The translations under genes were made by a program, and so were the position numbers. A stretch of DNA of 57,465 bases, filler included, from Callorhinchus milii (taxonomy: Eukaryota): NCBI RefSeq assembly GCF_018977255.1. It is 2 parts of 2 records of this genome, joined end to end, with 100 filler letters (N's around TTAATTAATTAA, not from the genome) between each part and the next. Parts side by side here need not be neighbours in the genome. Positions count along the whole stretch, not along the records: positions 1 to 28,687 come from NW_024705669.1; 1 more part is not named here. One strand, given 5' to 3'. This document shows, in pieces, positions 1-11,012 of the stretch. Below the pieces are notes generated by a model. That model ran no database searches. It worked only from the letters and a program-made list of their open reading frames with translations, and was not told the DNA's origin. Each line of letters starts with the position of its first letter. The first letter of the stretch is position 1.

Positions 1-350
1 TGGTTCTTTCGGTAAAGTCACGTAGAATAGAAATAAAAAATAAAACAATAAAACTGTACAATTTAATTATGTTTTATATCACGTAGAATGGAAATAATGA
101 AATAATATTCCCTTTTATTTTTATTATTTCCATTCTAAGTGACTTTACCGGAAAAACCAAGAAGATAGTTTAGCAACCTGTGGAAGAACGCGATCAGCCA
201 GGCGAAGCGTTAGTTGTGTTAACTCGAGATGTGACGCTTTCGTGACTGCAAGGATTCATACTCTTAGGGTTTTTTCGGTAAAGTCACCGTGTAGGTAAAA
301 AATGAATACAAATTCATAAAAGTAAAAATAGAAATAAAATATAAACAAAT

Positions 351-391
351 CACGACGTTTCGGAGGCAACACAAGTCTCCGTCATCAGGTG
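351..391 (-). ncRNA. Minimal type I hammerhead ribozyme motif (PLE-type)
   Basis: Minus strand reads CAC-CTGATGA-C-GGAG acttgtgttgc CTCC-GAAAC-GTC-GTG: conserved core, 4-bp stem II, 3-bp stem I, GUC cleavage triplet. Confidence 0.65.
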
Positions 392-444
392 GCACCGTCA
401 CAGCCACATTTGCTGTATCAAGTGAGGCGTTTTTATTAATTTAA

Positions 445-828
445 TCTATAATGTAGACTGTAGCCTGGTTATTAAGCTGGGTGAGTGTACTGGCAGTCTA
501 TAATGTAGACTGTAGCCTGGTTATTAAGCTGGGTGAGTGTACTGGCAGTCTATAATGTAGACTGTAGCCTGGTTATTAAGCTGGGTGAGTGTACTGGCAG
601 TCTATAATGTAGACTGTAGCCTGGTTATTAAGCTGGGTGAGTGTACTGGCAGTCTATAATGTAGACTGTAGCCTGGTTATTAAGCTGGGTGAGTGTACTG
701 GCAGTCTATAATGTAGACTGTAGCCTGGTTATTAAGCTGGGTGAGTGTACTGGCAGTCTATAATGTAGACTGTAGCCTGGTTATTAAGCTGGGTGAGTTG
801 TACTGGCAGTCTATAATGTAGACTATAA
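445..828 (+). repeat. 52-bp tandem repeat, ~7.3 near-identical copies
   Basis: Unit CTATAATGTAGACTGTAGCCTGGTTATTAAGCTGGGTGAGTGTACTGGCAGT; contains hairpin CAGTCTA-taatg-TAGACTG across unit junctions. Confidence 0.95.
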
Positions 829-1064
829 TTTGCTGCATCAAGTGAGGCATGATTTATAATAATTTTATTATTTTATTTCAATTTTTACTTTTATTAATTT
901 TAATTTCATTTTTTACCTACGTGGTGACTTTACCGAAAAAAACCTAAGAGTACGTGAGTTGGTGTGTTGACCGACTCTCTGTGTTGCATTACATTACTTT
1001 TTTAATTTGTTTGATTAAGTGTCTCTCTCTGTGCAGTCTCCAAACCTCCAAGTCTTCATTGACA

Positions 1065-1706
1065 CAAGGCCGTCATTATAACATGTTATAATAAGTATAA
1101 TATTATGTTATAATATATAATAATTATAATGTTATAATAAGTATAATATGTTATAATAATTATATTAATATATATTAATTATAATGTTATAATAAGTATA
1201 ATATTCATAATTATAATGTTATAATAAGTATAATATGTCATAATTATAATGTTATAATATGTATAATAAGTATAATAATCAAATATGCCCCCCCAATATG
1301 TTTCTGTAAAAATATTTGTAAATAATAATTGCGATGCTCTGTTAATAAAGACAACAATTTGCTAAACCTTGGCCACGAAATCTGGACTTGTCTTCATATA
1401 ACAATGCATAGATTCCTGTTTGTAGGATTGCGTTGTACTTTATGAATCCCTAATCTCTGCCATTACATACTATGAAACAAGAAAGGTAAAAAAGAAAAAA
1501 CAGAGCAATGTATTACAATACACTATTAGACATTATTGTATCAAATAAAACAAAGTCCATCCCATGTGCTAGTGAACTTTTAAAAATATTTTAGGGAGGA
1601 AATGGCAGGAAAATAGTTTTGAAATTTAGATATTTTTCTGGGGGGGGACCCCAGACCCGTGGAAGATTTGGTCCCCCCCAATGTTGACTCCATGGCTACG
1701 GCCTTG
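1065..1706. mobile_element. hAT-like MITE with internal AT-rich simple repeat
   Basis: TIR CAAGGCCGT (1065) / ACGGCCTTG (1706); 8-bp TSD CATTGACA (1057-1064) / CATTGACG (1707-1714); TTATAATG-type low-complexity tract at 1075-1280. Confidence 0.7.
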
Positions 1707-1769
1707 CATTGACGTGCTAGTTTCTCTACCCCCCCCCTCTCTCTATTTAAGGCCTCAACACAGAGGCGT

Positions 1770-2005
1770 TGTTTCTCTGTGTGCCTATGTGTGTCTCTCT
1801 CTGTGTCATCTCTCTCTGTGTGTCTATGTGTGTCTCTCTCTCTGTGTGTCTATGTGTGTGTGTCTCTCTCTGTGTGTCTCTGTGTCATCTCTCTCTGTGT
1901 ATCTATGTCTCTCTCTCTGTGTGTCTCTATGTGTCTCTTCTGTGTGTCTTTGTGTCATCTCTCTCTGCTTATGTGTCTGTCTATGTGTCTCCGTGTCTCT
2001 CTCTC
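1770..2005. repeat. (TC/TG)n compound microsatellite
   Basis: tctctctgtgtgtc-type low complexity; accounts for the C/V/S/L-rich ORFs here. Confidence 0.9.
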
Positions 2006-2098
2006 AAATTGAGCAATCTTTGGAAGAACGTTATCAACCAGGTAGGGTGTTGACTGTTATGTTAGCTGACTCTAAGTTTAATAGGTTTTTTTTTCATT

Positions 2099-2143
2099 TG
2101 TACCTGATGATGATTGCTTGTGTTGCAGTTGAAACGTCGTATG
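2099..2143 (+). ncRNA. Minimal type I hammerhead ribozyme motif (PLE-type), second copy
   Basis: TGTAC-CTGATGA-T-GATTGC ttgtgtt GCAGTT-GAAAC-GTC-GTATG; stems I and II pair with G-U wobbles. Confidence 0.6.
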
Positions 2144-2274
2144 CTATTATATAATGTATTTATTTATTCTACGTGACTTTACCGAAAGAACCAAAGAGTA
2201 TCTTGCTTAAGTTTTAATTTCCCTTCACCTGGCTCGCTACTTTGTAACTTTGTTTTGTTTTAAATATTCACAGT

Positions 2275-2962
2275 TTTTTTTCCATTTTTTACCAGGCCAC
2301 GCCCGCTTGAGCTGCTGTACCGCTCTTGTTTTCAGAAGCGACCTGCCCACAACAACAAACAACAAGGTGAGGCTCGTCAACAGCGTGGCGGTGTTCACTC
2401 TAGACACGTGGGGGTGTTCGCTCTAGACCCGTGGCGGTGTTCACTCTAGACACGTGGCGGTGTTCACTCTAGACACGTGGCGGTGTTCACTCCTCGGACC
2501 ACGTGGCGGTGTTCACTCTAGACGCGTGGCGGTGTTCACTCTGGACGCGTGGTGGTGTTCACTCTAGACGCGTGGCGGTGTTCACTCTAGACGCGTGGCG
2601 GTGTTCACTCTAGACGCGTGGCGGTGTTCACTCTAGACGCGTGGCGGTGTTCACTCTAGACGCGTGGCGGTGTTCACTCTAGACGTGGGGTGTTCACTCT
2701 AGACGTGGTGGTGTTCACTCTAGGACGCGTGGCGGTGTTCACTCTAGACGCGTGGCGGTGTTCACTCTAGACGCGTGGCGGTGTTCACTCTCTACATGTG
2801 GAGGGGAAAACCGGGGATCGGGAGGAAATCCACGCGACCACGGGGGAGAGAGAGAGAGACACGTAAACTACAAATATACAGCAGGCGTCAGGGTCGGGAT
2901 CGAACCCACGACTTCCTGTATGCCAGGACAGGTAGTTAACATCTCACCACAGAGAGACACGC
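2275..2962 (-). mobile_element. tRNA-derived V-SINE-like element, copy 1, containing the 23-bp minisatellite
   Basis: Minus strand has B-box GGTTCGATCCC, then a V-domain-like segment (gtagtttacgtgtctctc..ccccgtggtcgcgtggatttcctcccgatccccggttttcccctccaca), then the array, then a tail ending gcgtggcctggtaaaaaa. Confidence 0.7.
2383..2791 (+). repeat. 23-bp minisatellite array 1 (~18 units)
   Basis: Unit GTGGCGGTGTTCACTCTAGACGC, no spacers. Confidence 0.97.
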
Positions 2963-3092
2963 AGCCTCGGCTGTGTTGGTTGATCCTCAATGAATTACTT
3001 GGTGGAGTGAGGAAGCATTAATACTGAGCAGGTGAAGGTGGCCAGGCGTGGGTCTGGACACACCACCACCTGTGAACCGTGCCAGTGTGTGA

Positions 3093-3974
3093 CAGTGGTG
3101 GAGCCAGTGGGGGTGGGGTGGCACGTGCCCCCCAACGATCCGATAGAAATCCTAATTTCGATAGGATCATTGGGGTTTATTAGTAACTAGCTTCACTACC
3201 CGGCTTTGCCCGGGACTTGGATTCTTGTCTTGGATTAATTTAATATTCCCTCATAATTCAATGAAAAACCCTGAAAAAATGATGCTTGCAAGAAAGAAGC
3301 CGAAACATTCAATTTACCTAAATCGGATGTTTTCACTCAAGGAAATTCAACCTGAACCCACTGCTACGTCAGGTCGATTTTTGCCACTCGGGAAGGGAAT
3401 GACGCGGCGTTCGCTTAGACATTCCAGACAGCATAAGCTGTGAAAATTTCATGACGCCAGAGCTCAGCGTTGGAGAGTTTTTGCTGCTTCACACAAACAA
3501 ACAGGTGTAAGTTCTGCTTTATATTTAAGATGGCAGTTGTACCCGTTCTTCACACGGATTTGTATTGAAACTCCGAGAAGCCAATGACTTAATCGGCCAG
3601 GAGCGAAGCGCCACCTAAAATCTCCCGGCACGCTGTGAACAGCTGTAGAAGTACGGCGCGCGAAGAGCCATGTGGTAGGGGGGTAAGCATTGCAGAGCGC
3701 TTAGCTCAGGTGTGATGCGGGTTGATGCCACATACGTCATGGTCATTCCCCCCCCCCCCCAAAATACAAAAGTCTATTTTTCTTTCCTGAAGGCATCAAC
3801 ACGTTCAGCGAGCGCGATGACGATCACACGCGTCGAATGAAAAGCAAGGGACAAGTCCTTTCCTACTAACAACTCCTTTCTCACTAACAACTCCTTACTT
3901 ACTAACAACTCCTGTAATTTTTCATTGCTGGAGGGGTTTCCCCCCCCTACCTGAAAATCCTGGCTCCACCTCTG
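3093..3974. mobile_element. hAT-like non-autonomous DNA transposon with a nested Helitron
   Basis: TIR CAGTGGTGGAGCCAG / CTGGCTCCACCTCTG. AGTGTGTGA is duplicated on both flanks (3084-3092, 3975-3983), and the paralogous empty site at ~9951-9959 has a single copy. Confidence 0.8.
3187..3530 (-). mobile_element. Non-autonomous Helitron
   Basis: Minus strand begins TC (TCTTAAATATAAAG) and ends CTAG, with hairpin CCCGGgcaaagCCGGG just before the 3' end; inserted between A and T with no TSD. Confidence 0.75.
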
Positions 3975-4496
3975 AGTGTGTGACAGTGTCAAGTTTGTAT
4001 TTGCAGTAAAGTCTATTAACTCTATTGAGCACAGAGGTTATATCAAAACAGTAGTTTATTTTAGTTTTCCTCTGGAACTCTTTGTAAGAATGGAGTCAGG
4101 AAGTGATCACAGCACACACGTGCAGCAGCTGAAGTCGGAACTGCTCATCCCAGCAATCAAGGACATCTGTGCCTGGCTTCACACCTCTAAGTTGCGATTG
4201 AACATTAATTTATGCATTTGTGCATGACACAAATAGTATTATTTTCAACACCCTTTGCTATGTCAGCTGAATTTAGCTTTCATAAACATTTATTTAGAAG
4301 CCAAACAGCTGAAATTGTGTGCTGAGTTTTGGGTTAACGTTCATTTTGAAGATACGAGGGCTTCCAGGCATGTTTATGACCATTTGCCTCTCATTGTGTG
4401 CCATAACAGCCCGTGTGATGAATTTGGGACACTTTTTTTACTATATCATAAATATATGAATAACTATAGACGTGTAAGTCACGTGTGACTGTGTAA

Positions 4497-5394
<898 letters not shown>

Positions 5395-5403
5395 GCCTTA
5401 GAC

Positions 5404-5634
5404 CAGTGGTTCTTAACCTGGGTTCGATCGAACCCCAGGGGTTCGGTGAGTCAGTCTCAGGGGTTCGGCGGAGGTTAAGACACACACCTGACTCGTATGA
5501 TTGTGCACCAGTAAAACATGTACCTATGTTTTGAATTTGAAAAAATAATTTATTTTTCCAATTAAAAAGGGTTCTGTGAATGCGCATATGAAACTGGTGG
5601 GGTTCAGTACCTCCAACAAGGTTAAGAACCACTG
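5404..5634. mobile_element. hAT (Charlie/Buster-like) MITE
   Basis: 16-bp TIR CAGTGGTTCTTAACCT; perfect 8-bp TSD CCTTAGAC (5396-5403, 5635-5642). Confidence 0.92.
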
Positions 5635-6397
5635 CCTTAGACGATGCCGCTCCAATAGATGCACCTTTGTCACAGGCCTTTAATGACAAGAATGTGAAGT
5701 TGAACACTCAGTTCCTAGGTTCAACCTGCAGGGTAAGAGCGGCCAGTCTTTGTGGACCTGTGTGTTGGGTAGATCTCTAACCAGGAGCGAGAGCCAATAA
5801 GCTCCCAAGCATTCACTATGTTATCATATGCATTTATATTGTGCTTGCTTAATTGCCTCGACAATTCGTAGTTTTGTATCGTTTCTCGTCTCAAACACTC
5901 TAAGAGCATCCCCAAGTGGCAGCTGCCCCTGTGTGGCACAAGGTGGTGGCCCTGCACCGGCCTGCATGTGGACAAGAGCCTGTCAGTAGGGGGCGATGGT
6001 TGATGTGGCATCTCAGTTGTGGAGTTTGTAGGTAATGTTTGGAATTTGCTAAATTTTTACCCAGATGCCAGCATGCAATGGCCGACTCGTTTTGAATGGT
6101 GCATTAGTATGTTGTACATACACTGTGAAGCAGACGGTGCGTATTTTTTTAAATTAGCTTCTTGTTAATGCGATGTAACCTAATGCAGTATATTTCAGTG
6201 CAGTCATTCAATTTTGTTAACATGCCTGTCAATAAGTTAGAATGAATACTTGTATGATGGTGTGCGTACATGTACCATTTTGTCTATAAGAATCAAACAT
6301 TGAATAAGTCTTGTTAGGACAAAGTGTGTGTTTTGGAAGTAACCTGTACAGATCACTCAGGTGAGACTCATTGTTCTTGTGATACAGGTCAAAGGGT

Positions 6398-6850
6398 ACT
6401 AAGGGTAAATACAATTAACTTTTGTTGAAAAAGAAAGCTATGAAAATTTGGCTTATTTTGGTTAAAACCGGCATAAGTATGCCGATTTTATTTTTGGGGC
6501 GTGAAAATTTAATCGTGAAATTGCCCACTTTTAAAGTAATATAGAGCATACTAATGCTTTACAAAATGGAGGAATTCACTTTTTCTTGGAAAATCTAGCT
6601 ATGAAAATGTAGCAAATTTTGGCCAAGAACGGCATTGGTAAAGTATGCCGATTTGATCTTTTTACTTCAAATTTCATGGTCAAATTTCCCACTTTTAATG
6701 TAATATATAGGCTACTCAGGCTAAACACAACCAAGGAATGCACTTTTCGTTGCAAAAAAAGCTTTAAAAAATTGGATCAATTTTGCCAAAAAACGGCCTA
6801 GGTTCGTATGGCGATTTTCTTTTTATGGACGTGAAAATGTCATCGTGACA
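6398..6850. repeat. ~165-bp AT-rich satellite, short array (~3 monomers)
   Basis: Same family as 19572-21495 (cccacttttaa..gtaatata..actaag..aaaacggc). Confidence 0.85.
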
Positions 6851-6879
6851 TGTCGCCAGCGGCGTGCTGGAGAGCCAAG

Positions 6880-7165
6880 CCGCGACATCCACAAAGTGCT
6901 GCTCACAGCGAGTAGCAGCACCGGTGGAGGTCGTCACGGCACACACAGAGGGGGTGGGTGGCCAGCACCACGCCCGGCCGCCTTTGTCTCCCCAGTGCTG
7001 GCGATGTTGACACACCGCACCGGGGACTCGTTTGAGGCTGAGTCGACGTAGGGGAGGCTCAGGACCGGCTCAGAAAGTCGTCTCTGGCGGCGTTGGCCAC
7101 GAGCGGGAATGGAACTCGGCTGGTCGGTGCGGAGCGCAGCGCTCACCACGTCACTGCCGCTCCCT
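6880..7165 (-). mobile_element. Diverged copy of the tRNA-derived SINE seen at 12140, abutting the promoter
   Basis: Reverse complement matches 12140-12400 (gtcgactcagcc, ggggagacaaaggcgg, gggcgtggtgctggccacccaccccct) including a decayed tRNA head. Confidence 0.8.
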
Positions 7166-7189
7166 TCTGTCAACAAACTTGAACTCTGA

Positions 7190-7556
7190 CCCAGCCCTCT
7201 GACGTCACAGCGCCGCGTGATCTCATCGGCGTCAAACGCAATGGGGAAGTGTGCCTCGCTAGTGACGTCATGTCACCTACCCCGACCACCGCGCTCTTGA
7301 GCGTGACGTCACCTCCGCTAGGCCGCTGCCGATGTCTGTCCCAGTGCCAATCCTTATTTGGGCAAAGCCACGCCCGGTGACTGGCGGCTCATTAACATAA
7401 TTTATTCGTGAAAGGCGTCGCGAGTTGAGAGCCGCTCATTGTGGGAGGGGAGTGTCATCGTACCCCGCGAGTGACGTCATGTCACCTGCTGCTGCGTGAC
7501 GTCACGAGGGACCAGGAAGTTGCCACTCGGCCCGTGCACTGAAATCCGAGGTGAGA
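7190..7556 (+). promoter_or_regulatory. CpG-rich promoter and first non-coding exon of ZNF unit 2
   Basis: TGACGTCA at 7200, 7263, 7304, 7472 and 7497; CCAAT 7347; CArG CCTTATTTGG 7352-7361; GCCACGCCC 7367; ETS-like CAGGAAGT ~7513; splice donor GAG|GTGAGA at 7550/7551. Confidence 0.7.
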
Positions 7557-7824
7557 AATTCTCATTACGGTGGTGGTTGTTGTGGTGGTTGTTGTTGTTG
7601 TGGTTGTTGTTGTTGTTTACCAAGGTAGAGCCTCTCTCTCGTAGGGATGTCAATTGAGTAGCAGCGAGCATGGAAGCGATGTCCAGATTTAAACTTTACA
7701 ACGCGGGGCCTAGTGCCTCCTGCCCTCGCCTGGTCGCGTTCGCTTCAATTCTCTCGCTTAAGTTGAATTTGTCTTGACCCGGCTCGCCACTTTGTAACTT
7801 GTTTTACTTTAAACATTCACACAG

Positions 7825-9865
7825 TTTTTATTTTTACCAGGCCACGCCCGCTTGAGCTGCTGTACCGCTCTTGTTTTCAGCAGCGACCTGCCCACAACAA
7901 CAATAACAACAAGGTGAGGCTCGTCAACAGCGTGGCGGTGTTCACTCTAGACGCGTGGCGGTGTTCACTCTAGACACGTGGCGGTGTTCACTCTAGACGC
8001 GTGGCGGTGTTCACTCTAGACGCGTGGCGGTGTTCACTCTAGACGCGTGGCGGTGTTCACTCTAGACGCGTGGCGGTGTTCACTCTAGACGCGTGGCGGT
8101 GTTCACTCTAGACGCGTGGCGGTGTTCACTCTAGACGCGTGGCGGTGTTCACTCTAGACGCGTGGCGGTGTTCACTCTAGACGCGTGGCGGTGTTCACTC
8201 TAGACGCGTGGCGGTGTTCACTCTAGACGCGTGGCGGTGTTCACTCTAGACGCGTGGCGGTGTTCACTCTAGACGCGTGGCGGTGTTCACTCTAGACGCG
8301 TGGCGGTGTTCACTCTAGACGCGTGGCGGTGTTCACTCTAGACGCGTGGCGGTGTTCACTCTAGACGCGTGGCGGTGTTCACTCTAGACGCGTGGCGGTG
8401 TTCACTCTAGACGCGTGGCGGTGTTCACTCTAGACGCGTGGCGGTGTTCACTCTAGACGCGTGGTGGTGTTCACTCTGGACGTGGTGGTGTTCACTCTAG
8501 ACGCGTGGCGGTGTTCACTCTAGACGCGTGGCGGTGTTCACTCTAGACGCGTGGCGGTGTTCACTCTAGACGCGTGGCGGTGTTCACTCTAGACGCGTGG
8601 CGGTGTTCACTCTAGACGCGTGGCGGTGTTCACTCTAGACGCGTGGCGGTGTTCACTCTAGACACGTGGCGGTGTTCACTCTAGACACGTGGCGGTGTTC
8701 ACTCTAGACGCGTGGCGGTGTTCACTCTAGACACGTGGCGGTGTTCACTCTAGACACGTGGCGGTGTTCACTCTAGACACGTGGCGGTGTTCACTCTAGA
8801 CACGTGGCGGTGTTCACTCTAGACGCGTGGCGGTGTTCACTCTAGACGCGTGGCGGTGTTCACTCTAGACGCGTGGCGGTGTTCACTCTAGACACGTGGC
8901 GGTGTTCACTCTAGACACGTGGCGGTGTTCACTCTAGACACGTGGCGGTGTTCACTCTAGACGCGTGGCGGTGTTCACTCTAGACGCGTGCGGTGTTCAC
9001 TCTAGACGCGTGGCGGTGTTCACTCTAGACGCGTGGCGGTGTTCACTCTAGACGCGTGGCGGTGTTCACTCTAGACGCGTGGCGGTGTTCACTCTAGACG
9101 CGTGGCGGTGTTCACTCTAGACGCGTGGCGGTGTTCACTCTAGACGCGTGGCGGTGTTCACTCTAGACGCGTGGCGGTGTTCACTCTAGACGCGTGGTGG
9201 TGTTCACTCTAGACACGTGGCGGTGTTCACTCTAGACACGTGGCGGTGTTCACTCTAGACACGTGGTGGTGTTCACTCTAGACGTGTGGCGGTGTTCACT
9301 CTAGACACGTGTGGCGGTGTTCACTCTAGACACGTGGTGGTGTTCACTCTGAACGCGTGGCGGTGTTCACTCTAGACACGTGGCGGTGTTCACTCTAGAC
9401 ACGTGGCGGTGTTCACTCTAGACACGTGGTGGTGTTCACTCTAGACACGTGGTGGTGTTCACTCTAGACACGTGGCGGTGTTCACTCTAGACGCGTGGCG
9501 GTGTTCACTCTAGACGCGTGGCGGTGTTCACTCTAGACGCGTGGCGGTGTTCACTCTAGACGCGTGGTGGTGTTCACTCTAGACGCGTGGCGGTGTTCAC
9601 TCTAGACGCGTGGCGGTGTTCACTCTAGACGCGTGGCGGTGTTCACTCTAGACGCGTGGCGGTGGTTCACTCTAGACGCGTGGCGGTGTTCACTCTAGAC
9701 GCGTGGCGGTGTTCACTCTAGACGCGTGGCGGTGTTCACTCTAGACGCGTGGCGGTGTTCACTCTCTGCATGTCGAGATGGGGACAACCGGGGGTCAGGG
9801 TCGGGATCGAACCCACGACTTCCTGTATACCAGGAGAGGTAGTTAACACCACGGGGAGAGAGACG
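7825..9865 (-). mobile_element. V-SINE-like element, copy 2 (part of V-domain deleted), hosting array 2
   Basis: Same flanks as copy 1; B-box retained at ~9799-9812. Confidence 0.7.
7930..9765 (+). repeat. 23-bp minisatellite array 2 (~80 units)
   Basis: Same unit, with ACGCGT/ACACGT and GGCGG/GGTGG variants. Confidence 0.97.
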
Positions 9866-11012
9866 CAGCCTCGGCGATGTTGATTGATCCTCAATGAATT
9901 TCTTGGTGGAGTAAGGAAGCATTAATACACCACCACCTGTGAGCCATGCCAGTGTGTGACAGTGTAAAGTTTGTGTTTGCAGTAAATTCTATTAACTCTA
10001 TTGAACAGGGAGGTTATATCAAAGCTGTAGTTTGTTTTTTGTTTTCCTCTGGAGCTCTTTGTAAGAATGGAAACAGTCAAGAAGTTAACACAGCACACAC
10101 ATGCAGCTGAAGTCAGATCTGTTCATCCCAGCATTCAAGGACATCGTGAGCCTGGCTGGCTTCACACCTGTTGTATATGTTGGGCCTTGAAAAATTAATT
10201 AAAAATAATAAAAATTAAATGTAAATAGGAAAAATGTGTAATTATCCGAAATTATGCTAATTAGGGAGGTGATCCTATTAAGTTATGCAACTGTATGCAA
10301 TTATGCTAATGTATGCAGTTATGATAATTATGCTTATCTTCGTTGCCTAGGGTCGTATTATCACTCGGGATAATACAATTAGTCTCGTTTTAACATTTAC
10401 TGATTGTGTCTTCGTGTCTCCAAATTCAAATCTCACCGCAGGATACAGTTCTCATATTTGAGATCATTACGCATGAACTTAGGAAGGCACCACTCGGACT
10501 CTTTTGTGTTAAGAAATTTAAATTTCTAACCAAAAACATAACTTTAATATTCGAAATCTTATGCTTGGAATTGTCAACACAGTACCCCTGGAGATGTTCT
10601 CATTGATCCGTACATTTAACCCTCAATGATTACGTTGTTTACTGGGTAACAGAACATTCGATTAATTCCTCAGAGTAACGCGAGCATATACGGCGATAGG
10701 AAGACGTCCTTAAACATGCATGCGACGATATTCATACGAACGGCAATAAAGAAACATTTCCCGAAAGCAAAAGTATACGTCAATTAATTCATTGGCAAGA
10801 TTATGCAATCAACGAAAAGGAATGACAAAAATACTTCTGAACGACCGTATCCACGTAACTCAATGGGCAGTAAATGCTTTTCATCTTATTCGTCCGATAT
10901 GCGTGTTGTGTGCGTGTGTCTTCTTTTCCACTTGTTGACTTGGCGGATTACGCGGTACGGCGTTCCTTGTGCTGAAAATACCTCGGGATTCCCAGCAGGG
11001 CCGCTGGGACGG

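Larger units (their letters stand above)
1..2198. mobile_element. Nested inverted-repeat structure, probably Penelope-like element (PLE) pLTR remnants, with inserted repeats
   Basis: TGGTTCTTTCGGTAAAGTCACGTAGAATA at 1-29 is the reverse complement of ~2166-2194. 259-306 is inverted at ~905-952, and a further inverted arm lies at ~121-160. Two arms carry CTGATGA..GAAACGTC hammerhead cores typical of PLEs. Confidence 0.55.

Noticed and set aside
1681..2154. 157-aa ORF
   Set aside because: Mostly TC/TG microsatellite and spans a MITE end.
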